Shown in pieces: positions 42,347 through 51,297 of a stretch of 64,000 nucleotides of DNA. The DNA is from Myxococcota bacterium. GTDB taxonomy: Bacteria; Myxococcota_A; UBA796; GCA-2862545. Below the pieces are notes generated by a model. The model had not been told where the DNA came from. It saw only the letters and a program-made list of their open reading frames with translations, and did no database searches. A program made the position numbers and the translations under genes. The stretch spans positions 26,805 to 90,804 of the forward strand of contig JBCCQY010000015.1 of assembly GCA_039208735.1 (NCBI GenBank), written 5' to 3'. Each line of letters opens with the position of its first letter. The stretch's first letter is position 1.

Positions 42347-43675
42347 TCACAACGACAGGATGGGCCCTACCGAGAGCTGGGGTAGCAAACCGGTGGTCTG
42401 CAAACCGTCCTCGATGAACGGCCAGTTTTGACCCAGCCATCCGCCGAGTGCTACGTTGGCATTCAATCCGAAGTTCCTCGCGATCATCCAATCGACGCCC
42501 CCACGCGCCCGGGGCCCTGCGGCCCAGTCGGCACCGATCTCGTCTTGGTAGTATTGCGCGAAGATCACTTCGAGGCCGACATAAGGCCGTACCGCTTGGT
42601 CGCCGAACTTGTAGAGGACGCCCAGGTGGATGGGATAAATCTGGTCCCAACCACGAAGTCGTCCCGTTTCCTGCTGCCGTTGCAGGGAGAGGACCCGGTT
42701 GACATTGTAGGCTTCGACACCGCCAATCAAGTACAGGCCGTCGACGGTGCGCAGCGCGACCTCAGCGCCAGCCGTAACGAAGTTCAGTTGGTAGTACTTC
42801 GCCCCGCCGACGCGTCCCGTGACCTGCAACGACGGGGCTTCGGCCGGAGGAGGGCCACTCGGCGAGGTTCGCGACAAGGAGGCATCGCGCTCCTCCTGGC
42901 GCCGTTCGGCTTCGCGAGCCATTCGTGCCGCGTCGCGCTCCTGTTGTCGTTGCTCTCGGGCCGCCTCTCGTTCTTGAGCACGGCGGGGAGCCTGGGGCTC
43001 CGGGGTCAACATCGGATCATCGAGGGGATTGAGGGTCTCGTCGTCGGGTTCGTCATCGAGCGGTTTCGTTTCGACGCTGCCGCTCCCAAACTCGATGGCT
43101 TCGACCCCAACCTGATCCGGCTCACCGAATTGAATGTTGGCCACGTCGACGTCTGCAGCGTCGGTCTCGAAGTCGTCGAGTTCATCGAGGTCGAGGTCGC
43201 CGGCGAGGGTAGGCTCCTCGGATGCTCCAGTTCGGCCGGTGAGAAGCTCTCGGACCACCGGGCCCATCGCGTTGCCAAGTCCCGTGGGGTCGGTGGGCAC
43301 GGAGAACGTCTTTCGCCGGACGATGCGCTGTTCATCGTAGTAGACGAGATCGAGCCAAAACAGTCGCCCTCTTCGTCGCATGGTGCCCGCGATGAGCGTT
43401 TTCGCTGCGTGGTTACGCGCGATCCTCGACAAGCAGCTCACCTTACCAAGGCAACTCGTGGTCAGCGTGGATGGCCGTTGCTGAAGGAGCTGAACCTCGT
43501 CGATGCCCGACGCGAGTTCGAGTTCGCTCGCGAGGGTCTCGATCACGAGCGCCCGTTGTTTGGTGTTGACGCTTGAATCAGAGGTAAACGGAGGAAGAAG
43601 AACGGATCCTGCGAGTGCGTCGCTCGCGATGATGAGCCCAAGCCCCATGAGGAGTATTCGTGCGAGGCGGATCAC
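42347..43675 (-). CDS. Hypothetical exported protein with C-terminal outer-membrane beta-barrel-like domain
   Basis: GTG 43675 after GGAGG, signal peptide ending ALA, acidic linker, charged helix, C-terminal strands (VRPYVGLEV, GGVDWMI, FGLNANV). Confidence 0.7.
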   Translation of the reverse strand: MIRLARILLMGLGLIIASDALAGSVLLPPFTSDSSVNTKQRALVIETLASELELASGIDEVQLLQQRPSTLTTSCLGKVSCLSRIARNHAAKTLIAGTMRRRGRLFWLDLVYYDEQRIVRRKTFSVPTDPTGLGNAMGPVVRELLTGRTGASEEPTLAGDLDLDELDDFETDAADVDVANIQFGEPDQVGVEAIEFGSGSVETKPLDDEPDDETLNPLDDPMLTPEPQAPRRAQEREAAREQRQQERDAARMAREAERRQEERDASLSRTSPSGPPPAEAPSLQVTGRVGGAKYYQLNFVTAGAEVALRTVDGLYLIGGVEAYNVNRVLSLQRQQETGRLRGWDQIYPIHLGVLYKFGDQAVRPYVGLEVIFAQYYQDEIGADWAAGPRARGGVDWMIARNFGLNANVALGGWLGQNWPFIEDGLQTTGLLPQLSVGPILSL

Positions 43676-43797
43676 GGCGACCTCCACGCCGACAGGGCCA
43701 CGGCGACTTCCCACCGGCCGCCGCCACTTAACCCGCGCGCTTGTCGGCTTCGCCAATCCGCATAGATTGCGCGCTTGCTGCCGACCTGGAGGACGGC

Positions 43798-44826
43798 CTG
43801 CGCGTCCTGTTCGTGACCACCTCGTTTCCCCCCGAGGCGTCTACCGGCCGAGCGGCCGAGTTTGAGGCGCTGTTTACTCGGGTTCGGGCGTGGGCTGATG
43901 CGGTTCGACTTGTGACGGCGACCCGAGGGGAGCATCCGCTTCCCGAAGGCGCGGTGGGCGTCTCCACCTGGCGGATGCGCGGGGTACGGGCGCTCCAGGT
44001 GTGGCGAGCGGCGAAGGAGGTCGGACGGGAGCTTTGCCCGGACCTTGTGATCATGGGCGGACTGCTGCTCCCTGATTTGCCCTGGCCGACCCTCCGGCTA
44101 GTCCGCGAATTGACCGATGCCTTTGGCCGCCCTCAGCCGGTCGGCCTGGCGGCCCGATTGAATGCGCGACGTGCCGAGCGGGTGGTGGTGCCGAGTAACT
44201 TGGTCCGCCAACGCATCTTCGACCTCGGGGTCCCGCGCTGGCGGGTCGAGAAGGTGGCGATGGCGGTGTCCGATGACCCACCTCCGCCGCTGCCGACGGC
44301 AGGTACGCCCGTCCGCCTGGTGCATCCGGGGAGCATCCGACTTGCGAAAGGTCAGCACCTGTCCATCGATGCGGTGAGTCGGCTTCCACCCGAGTTCAAG
44401 GCGATGGTCGATCTTGCGGTGGTCGGCCCGGTGGCGGATGCGCGCTATGCGGCGCAGCTTCGAATTGCGGCGCGCCGGCAACCGGTTTCGTTTCCGGACA
44501 CGTCACCCGCCGCAGCCATCGCCGAGTCGCACGCGGTGCTTTGCATCGATGCCGCCGCACCGGGGTTTCCGGATGCCGCGCTTCGGGCCATGGCTATGGG
44601 CCGACCCGTCTTGTGGGCCGACCATCCGGCCACCCGCGATGTCCTGGGGACGGTGGGGTTCCCCGTACCTGCCGAACCGCGCGCCCTGCGGCGGCGACTC
44701 ATCGAACTGTTGCCCACGTTGGATTGGCAGCGGGAGGGCGCGCGCGCTCGGGCCTTTGCCGTTGAGCGTTTTGGGTGGTCGCAGCTGTGGCCGGTGTGGC
44801 GGGACCTGCTGTCTCGCTACGCGTGA
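43798..44826 (+). CDS. Glycosyltransferase family 4-like protein
   Basis: Canonical GT4 start xRVLFVTTSFPP at CTG 43798, VVVPS, GSIRLAKG, AMAMGRPV, ERFGW. Confidence 0.78.
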   Translation: MRVLFVTTSFPPEASTGRAAEFEALFTRVRAWADAVRLVTATRGEHPLPEGAVGVSTWRMRGVRALQVWRAAKEVGRELCPDLVIMGGLLLPDLPWPTLRLVRELTDAFGRPQPVGLAARLNARRAERVVVPSNLVRQRIFDLGVPRWRVEKVAMAVSDDPPPPLPTAGTPVRLVHPGSIRLAKGQHLSIDAVSRLPPEFKAMVDLAVVGPVADARYAAQLRIAARRQPVSFPDTSPAAAIAESHAVLCIDAAAPGFPDAALRAMAMGRPVLWADHPATRDVLGTVGFPVPAEPRALRRRLIELLPTLDWQREGARARAFAVERFGWSQLWPVWRDLLSRYA

Positions 44827-45812
44827 AGATCGGTCCAGAATCGCGCGAACTCGTCGCGAGTCACCATCTGCCGAATCGTCGGCTCGACCAACGCAGCCGC
44901 TACATCGAGGTAGCTCTCGCCCAGCTCGAGGTCGTCCAGCCACGCCCCGAGATGGCCCCTTGCAGAAGACGCCGCGGTCAGGGCGCTTCGAAGGTCCTCG
45001 GCAATGCGGGCGTCGAGGTCCGTCTGGGCCGCGAGGCGACGGGCGGTGGCGACCCACGTTTCGATCAGCGGGGTGAGCGAGGGGTCCCGAGCTTCGTCGG
45101 CGAGCTGGCTTACCGGGGTCGACAGCACTTCATTCACCACCGCGGCGCGCATTTCGGCAAAGGCCTGCGCGTGAGCAGGGTCGGCGAGGTAGCGGGCCAC
45201 ACTGCGCACCGCACGTTCCGATGCATGCTGGATCGCAGCGGTCATCCGTCCGTCCAACACGCCGTCGACCTCTTCCCGGACTGCATCGACGATTTGGCCG
45301 GCCACCCCTCCGAGGTTGTCGCGCACACTGCGCAAGAGCCCTCGCCAGGGCGGCGTCGTTTCCCCGTCGGTCTGGCCGCCGAGGCGCCGGCTCACCGCTC
45401 GGATGGCTTCGCTTAGGACGTGACCGAGGAGGGCCTGCAATGCGGGCTGGTTGATGATTCGAAACACCAGGTCTTCGCTGACGGTGAACGGATGGCCCAC
45501 CGTCGCCTTCGCCAGTTGGATCGTGCCCAGTTGCCCAAAGGGCAGTGCCTCCTCAAGCGTCTCGGGCGGGGCTGCGTCGAGGGCCTCGGTGATCTGGCGC
45601 TCCAACCATGGCTCGAGCCGATCTCCTTGGGCGAGCTGGCGTAGACCGGTGGCCCAATGGGCGGCCACGGCTTCGACGTTGACCAAGTCGGTCAAGGGTC
45701 GGTCCCGCGTCTCACGAGCCACCAGTCGCGCAAGGGTCGCGGTCGCAGAGTGGTTTGGGTCGCGCAACCGGGCCAGCGCGCGGTCGGCGGGGGTCTTGGA
45801 GTCGGCATCCAT
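44817..45812 (-). CDS. Hypothetical all-helical protein
   Basis: ATG 45812 just downstream of the methyltransferase stop. The ORF-track extension to 46919 is an off-frame overlap. Confidence 0.65.
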   Translation of the reverse strand: MDADSKTPADRALARLRDPNHSATATLARLVARETRDRPLTDLVNVEAVAAHWATGLRQLAQGDRLEPWLERQITEALDAAPPETLEEALPFGQLGTIQLAKATVGHPFTVSEDLVFRIINQPALQALLGHVLSEAIRAVSRRLGGQTDGETTPPWRGLLRSVRDNLGGVAGQIVDAVREEVDGVLDGRMTAAIQHASERAVRSVARYLADPAHAQAFAEMRAAVVNEVLSTPVSQLADEARDPSLTPLIETWVATARRLAAQTDLDARIAEDLRSALTAASSARGHLGAWLDDLELGESYLDVAAALVEPTIRQMVTRDEFARFWTDLHA

Positions 45813-45823
45813 GATGGCGTGGG

Positions 45824-46678
45824 CTAACCGAGCACCTTGCGGATGGCCGCCACGTGGGCGGGGCCCGTGCCACAACAGCCTCCGATGACCGTCGCGCCGC
45901 GATCCGCCCAGGCCTTGGCGAGTCGGGCGTAGCGCGTGGGACCCGAGCCGGCGCCCCAGCCAACCCCGTCCTCCTCTGAGCCCGCGTTGGCGTAGATTCC
46001 GAAGGGCAGCCCGGCCACGGCGACCGCATCGAGGAACGGGGCTGCGTTGAGCGCAGGGACACAGTTCACGAGCACGCAGGTGACGCCAACGTCGGCAACC
46101 TGCGCGGCCAGCTCTTGCATCTCGGTTGGGGTGCACAGGTCGAGGCGATAGCCGGCCGTCAGTGCGACCCACGTTTCTACGCCGGTAGAGGTGGCGGCCT
46201 CGACCGCGATGCGCGTCTCTCCCGGATCGGCAAACGTCTCGCAGAGGATCAGATCGACGCCGGCCAACGCGAGATGTTCTGCGTGTTGGGTATGCTCTGC
46301 CCTTGCGATGGCGTCGCTCGGTCGATCGGCGAGCGTGTAGCAGTCCCGTGCCGGAGCGAGACTCCCCGCCACCGTGTGGCCCTTCGGCACGGCTTGCCGA
46401 GCGAGCTGCACCGCCTCCAGAGTTCGCGATTTCGCGCGGGGCCCGGATGCCCATGGGGTGGTGCGAAAGGTGGCTGCGGTATGCACCGTCGCCCCTGCCG
46501 CAGCGTACGCTGCGTGAAGGTCCACGATCGCACGGGGGTGCTCGCTCACCGCCCGAGCCGACCACGCCAGGCCTTCGGTGGGAACGCCGCGACGGGCAAG
46601 TTCTGTGCCCTGTGCGCCGTCGAGTACTACGATCCGGGACGCTTCCGAATGGTTCGGGTTTGGCAGAATCGCGGACAT
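45824..46678 (-). CDS. Homocysteine S-methyltransferase family protein
   Basis: VLDGAQGTEL, AGSLAP..DCY, DLILCET, VNC and IGGCCGTGP zinc ligands. Confidence 0.9.
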   Translation of the reverse strand: MSAILPNPNHSEASRIVVLDGAQGTELARRGVPTEGLAWSARAVSEHPRAIVDLHAAYAAAGATVHTAATFRTTPWASGPRAKSRTLEAVQLARQAVPKGHTVAGSLAPARDCYTLADRPSDAIARAEHTQHAEHLALAGVDLILCETFADPGETRIAVEAATSTGVETWVALTAGYRLDLCTPTEMQELAAQVADVGVTCVLVNCVPALNAAPFLDAVAVAGLPFGIYANAGSEEDGVGWGAGSGPTRYARLAKAWADRGATVIGGCCGTGPAHVAAIRKVLG

Positions 46679-49600
46679 GACGTTGGATCCCTTCCTCACG
46701 GTACGAGTGGCCTGTGTAGGCCTCGTCCAGCTCGAGAATCGGGGCGGTCTGCAGGCGCGAGTGCCTGCGGCCCTCCAAGAAGCTGAAGCTCTGGTCGATG
46801 CCTTCCTGGACCAGTGCATCGCCGCCGTCGGTGCAACGCCGTTGGCGGCTCACGTACGCGGTACCCTCATTGGCTTTGAGTCGCCCACCGATGCGGTGCA
46901 GTTGGCCATGCGATTGCAACGTGGCCTACTCGACCTCAATTGGCCGTCGACCCTTTTGCAACGGCCCGAACTATCGGATGTCCAGGGGCCCGAAGGCCAG
47001 GTGTTGTTCCGTGGCCTGCGCTTGCGGGTGGCCCTGGTGAAAGGGCCCGTCTGGATGGCAGGGGACCACGTGTTGGGACCTGCGGTGCATCGAGTGGCAC
47101 GGGTCGTCAACCTCGCCCACGGCGGACAGACCTTGCTCACCGAGGAGGTCTACGCGGGCCTGGACCCCGCACTGGCGGCATTCACCGACCTGGGCGCGTT
47201 GCCGCTGATCGGGGAAGCGGGGCGACACCGGGTGACGTCCGCAACGCCTCAAGATCTCGCAGCTCGCGAGTTTCCTCCGCCCCGGACGTTGCGCCAACGC
47301 GGCGGAAACCTCCGCGAGGATCAAGGGTTCGTGGGACGCCAGCAGGATGTCGCGGCGCTCAACGAGTTGGCCAACCTGGGCGTGCGCATCGTGAGCATCG
47401 AGGGGCCTCCCGGAATCGGAAAATCCAACCTGTGCCGCCAGTATGCGCGTTTGCGCCAAAATCAGGCCGGTCCGTCCGGAGGGGTGTGTTGGGCCGGCCC
47501 CGCGGTCCAAGACCTCGAATCTCTGATCGACAACCTTGCGCGGATCTTGGGGATTGGGCTTCAGTACACCGCCGATGTTTCGGCGGCGGTCCGGCAGGTC
47601 GGACGATCGCTGGCCAGCCGGGGCCCGTTGCTGCTCGCCCTCGACCTGGACGTCGCGACGGACGCCATCCGCGAGGCCATCGAGCACTGGACCACAATGG
47701 CGCCCGAGGCAAGCTTCGTCGTGGCAACCCCGGCGCGGCTCAAAGCCAAGGGTGAAGTTGCCTATCAGCTGGGGCCGCTCGGTCTGCCCAGCGATGCGGA
47801 AGCTACCCGAGATGCGGATGCGGTCCGGCTCTTCGCGCACCGGGCCCAAAACGCTGGGGCGAGTCTTGCGGCACCAGATGATCCGGCCCTCGTAGAGGCG
47901 ATCGAACGGTTGGAAGGCAATCCACGCCAAATCCGGCTGCTCGCTGGGATGTTGGAACGGTGTTCCCCAGATGAGGTGGTGGCTACGGGCACGACGGGAT
48001 CCTTCGACGCCCTCATCGAGGCGGCATGGGAGGCACTCACCGAGTCCGAGCAGACCCTTCTTCAGTCGTGCGCGGTCCTGGAGGGGAGTTTTGATGTGGA
48101 GACGCTGGCCGTGGCCGGTCGGCCGACGGTGGTTGGGGGCCTTCGGCAACTTGAACGACTCGGTTTTCTCGACCGCGTGATCGTAGGCGGGGCGCCGGAT
48201 CTGCTCCGCTACTCCCTGGGCCCGGACATCTGCGATTGGGTGGAGCGTGAACAGCAGCGGACGGGCATCTCGGCGACCCCTGCCGATTCGGATGCCGAGA
48301 CGGCGCCGCGGTTGTTGGTGGTCGGCAGTCAGCCGGAAGCTGACGTGGGAGAGTCGACAACCGTTCCCGCGGTATTCGGGGAGGCCGAAGCGTTGTCGTC
48401 GCACATCGACGCCTCGACTGCAGCATGGGTACTCGAGCATTGGGCGGCCTGGCGAGCGACCATCGATCAAGCGCTGGCCAATGACGAAGCGTCCGAACTT
48501 GACCGGGCCATGGCGTACTGGAGCGATCATCAGGCACTTGGCCAGTGGGGGCCTCTCTTCGAGACGTTGCCGATCACGCTCCGCCTTCTGGGGCGCGCAG
48601 AGCAGGTGACTGGCGTCGATGTGGCGCGGGTTGCTGCCTTGTGGCTGGTCAGTGCACAGCTGCACCTTCAAGCCGGGTCTCCCGCGGTGTCCGACACCGA
48701 CCTTGAGCGTGCGGGCGCCTTGCTTGAGCACGTTGAAGTGCCGGAACTGGACCGCGCATTTGCCGAGTGGTCCGCGATCGTGGCGCGGTCCCGGGGCGTG
48801 GCATCGGTCGCCGAGAATGCGCCGTCACAACGTGTAGGCATCGCGCACGCGGCCCTCGATGCACTGCAGCGTGGCGATGACGACGAAGCCATCGGGGCCC
48901 TCACCGGCCTTGTGGATCCCCCGACCGCCGACCGCCAGGCGGTGGATTGGGCCATGGCGCTTGTTTGGGCGCTGCGCCGGACGGGCCGGTCGGACGATGC
49001 CTACGCGCTCGGGATGAACTGGGCTGAAGCGGTCGCACCACTCGGTGATGCGCGAGCGGAAGCTCGGATTGCCGAGCGAGTGGGATGGGTCGACTACCAT
49101 GTGGGCCGCCTTGAAGACGCCGATCGGACCTGGACTCAGGCCTTGGGGCAGGCCCGTCGGGCGGGGGATCGTTGGGCCGAAGGCTTGCTGTTGGGTCCCG
49201 CGGGCCTTGTTGCACTTTCCCGAGGCGATCTCGAGACCTGCCGTACCCGCCTCCTTGCCGCCCTCGCGATTCACCGAGAAGGCGGCGACTCGCTGCGTGA
49301 GGGGCAGGTCACGGGCATGTTGGGCATCTTGGATCACGTCAGCCATCAGCCCCAGAGTGCCCGCGAGAACTACCGGCGGGCCGTCGACCTGTTGGGCAAC
49401 CATGGGCCTCATCGAGATGGTGCGATGTTCGGAGCCTTCGGAGCAGCCCTCGAAGCGGAGCTTGGTCACCTCGACTCGGCCGAACAGCAATGGGCCGATG
49501 CCGAGGCGCAGCAAGCCACGTTGCGTGACCCCGATGTCGAGGCTGCGATGGACCAATTGCGCCTGGCCCTGTGGTGGGTGCGCGCCCAGAGCTTCGAACT

Positions 49601-49739
49601 CGCGGGGGACTCGGCTCGGGCCGCCACGTTGATGGGCCAAGCCCGCGACCGCATCACCGCCTCCCTGGAGCGGGAAACCCCACTGCCCGGCGAGGCCCGA
49701 CTGGCGTTGGCGCGAATGGATCGGCTGTTCGGGAGGTGA
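46677..49739 (+). CDS. Degenerate class III cyclase domain + STAND NTPase + TPR protein
   Basis: Cyclase fold motifs LFRGLRLRV and AHGGQTLL, FVGR and GPPGIGKS Walker A, AVRLF and LEGNP, C-terminal TPR-like repeats. Start uncertain. Confidence 0.82.
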   Translation: MTLDPFLTVRVACVGLVQLENRGGLQARVPAALQEAEALVDAFLDQCIAAVGATPLAAHVRGTLIGFESPTDAVQLAMRLQRGLLDLNWPSTLLQRPELSDVQGPEGQVLFRGLRLRVALVKGPVWMAGDHVLGPAVHRVARVVNLAHGGQTLLTEEVYAGLDPALAAFTDLGALPLIGEAGRHRVTSATPQDLAAREFPPPRTLRQRGGNLREDQGFVGRQQDVAALNELANLGVRIVSIEGPPGIGKSNLCRQYARLRQNQAGPSGGVCWAGPAVQDLESLIDNLARILGIGLQYTADVSAAVRQVGRSLASRGPLLLALDLDVATDAIREAIEHWTTMAPEASFVVATPARLKAKGEVAYQLGPLGLPSDAEATRDADAVRLFAHRAQNAGASLAAPDDPALVEAIERLEGNPRQIRLLAGMLERCSPDEVVATGTTGSFDALIEAAWEALTESEQTLLQSCAVLEGSFDVETLAVAGRPTVVGGLRQLERLGFLDRVIVGGAPDLLRYSLGPDICDWVEREQQRTGISATPADSDAETAPRLLVVGSQPEADVGESTTVPAVFGEAEALSSHIDASTAAWVLEHWAAWRATIDQALANDEASELDRAMAYWSDHQALGQWGPLFETLPITLRLLGRAEQVTGVDVARVAALWLVSAQLHLQAGSPAVSDTDLERAGALLEHVEVPELDRAFAEWSAIVARSRGVASVAENAPSQRVGIAHAALDALQRGDDDEAIGALTGLVDPPTADRQAVDWAMALVWALRRTGRSDDAYALGMNWAEAVAPLGDARAEARIAERVGWVDYHVGRLEDADRTWTQALGQARRAGDRWAEGLLLGPAGLVALSRGDLETCRTRLLAALAIHREGGDSLREGQVTGMLGILDHVSHQPQSARENYRRAVDLLGNHGPHRDGAMFGAFGAALEAELGHLDSAEQQWADAEAQQATLRDPDVEAAMDQLRLALWWVRAQSFELAGDSARAATLMGQARDRITASLERETPLPGEARLALARMDRLFGR

Positions 49740-49743
49740 AGGC

Positions 49744-51294
49744 TTACCCCGACAGCAACCACAGCAGCCCCAAGGCTCCCAGTCGCGCCGCCATGGAACC
49801 CAAGGGACCCGTCGATGCCCCCACCGCGCCGAGGATCGTGGCCATCGTCACGCCCCCAAGGGGGTCGAAGGGGGCCTTCACCAACACATAGACCGCGCCT
49901 GCGCCGATCGGGGTGAGCCTTCGGGCCAGCCAACCTCGGAAGAGGAGTTCTTCCGATACGATCAACAGTGCAGCCAACGCGAAGGGGGTCACGGGAAAGG
50001 CATTGGTGGCCAGTCGTTCGGCGGCCGTTCGCAAGAACCCAGCTTCGGGAGCGACCAACCAGACGCCGGCATTCCAAGTGGCCAAGACCACAAAGGGCGT
50101 GGCCAACAATCCAAGCGCGATGCGGCGTGGCGTCACGAGGGGGCCCGCCAATCCTACGTCGTAAAGTGGACGCCCGCTGCGACCCATGGCCACCATGACG
50201 AAGAGCAGGAACGACAAGGCACCAGCAAAGATGCCGGCTTCGACCGGGATTTGCTGGGTGACCTTGAAGTTGCCCGCCTCGGCCCACAACAGTGGGGTCA
50301 ACACCGGTAGCCACCACGTTGAAGCCACCAGGGCGCCGAGTCCCAACCCTTGCTGGACCAGCGGGGTTTCGGTGGACGGAGATTCCAGTTCTCGGGCCGT
50401 TCCGACGACGCAGAAGGCCGTGAAGGCCACGGCCGAAAGCGTGGCCACAAAGGGCGCCATGACTCCCGCCCAAGTGTCGCCCGACGCAATGAGCGCACCG
50501 CCGATGGGGACGACCGCTCCCAGCAACGGGTGGGTGTTGCCGAGGAGCCATGCGAATAGGCCCGTCGTGACCAGCAGTACGGGCAGCACGCGAATGAGGG
50601 TGGTGCTTGCGGCGATGACGTCGGTGGCTCGTCGAACGAGCCATAAGCCAAGTGCGGCCGTGGCGATGGGGACGAAGGGCATGGGCAACAACCAGGCCCC
50701 GGCCTGGAGGCTTCCCAGCACGATCGCTAAGATGGCGGCGCCTAGTGAGGTAAACGCGCCCAGCCCGCCCCAAGCCACCAGTTTGCCAAGGACGATCTCG
50801 AGCCGAGATACGGCGGCCGCCATCAGGCTGACCAAGGTGTGGTTGGAACGCTCCCCGCCGATGCTCGCCGAGATGGCCCCCGTAAGCGTCGAGGCGCTGA
50901 TGAGGGCAAACAACATGCTCCGCCCCGGAAAGACATAGCCCGGGTCAAACCGCTCAAGCGAGACCTCGACGCCATCGTAGCGGTCGAGGATCTCGCGGAC
51001 CTTCATGGGGGGGTCTTCGCCCCGGGTGTAGAGGACGTCACCGCGTTGATCAAAGTGCAACTGCCCACGACGGACGGGCCGCACGGTGTCGCGGAGGGCT
51101 ACCACCTCGGGAGGCACGTCGCCCGACACCGTCATCACGGACGCTTCGGTGGCCACGATCTGGCGGGGCAATGGGGCTGCGGAACTCGGCACGAGCAGCG
51201 CGGCCATGACGATCGGGAGCCAGGCTCCTTGAGGGCCCTTCAGTTCGGTCCGCCAGTCGCGTCGTGCGATGGCCCAGATGCGGTTGAGTCGCAC
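49744..51294 (-). CDS. ABC transporter permease (NatB-like) fused to CPBP/CAAX-like domain
   Basis: IGGERSNHTLVSLM...IVLGKL permease motif, many TM helices, EELLFRG motif. Confidence 0.8.
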   Translation of the reverse strand: MRLNRIWAIARRDWRTELKGPQGAWLPIVMAALLVPSSAAPLPRQIVATEASVMTVSGDVPPEVVALRDTVRPVRRGQLHFDQRGDVLYTRGEDPPMKVREILDRYDGVEVSLERFDPGYVFPGRSMLFALISASTLTGAISASIGGERSNHTLVSLMAAAVSRLEIVLGKLVAWGGLGAFTSLGAAILAIVLGSLQAGAWLLPMPFVPIATAALGLWLVRRATDVIAASTTLIRVLPVLLVTTGLFAWLLGNTHPLLGAVVPIGGALIASGDTWAGVMAPFVATLSAVAFTAFCVVGTARELESPSTETPLVQQGLGLGALVASTWWLPVLTPLLWAEAGNFKVTQQIPVEAGIFAGALSFLLFVMVAMGRSGRPLYDVGLAGPLVTPRRIALGLLATPFVVLATWNAGVWLVAPEAGFLRTAAERLATNAFPVTPFALAALLIVSEELLFRGWLARRLTPIGAGAVYVLVKAPFDPLGGVTMATILGAVGASTGPLGSMAARLGALGLLWLLSG

Positions 51295-51297
51295 GCG

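Noticed and set aside
45813..46919. Apparent 700-aa ORF overlapping the homocysteine methyltransferase on the same strand
   Set aside because: The upstream part is Arg-rich off-frame sequence; the protein-like portion starts at ATG 45812.
46971..48731. 586-aa minus-strand ORF
   Set aside because: Antisense shadow of the STAND-TPR gene.
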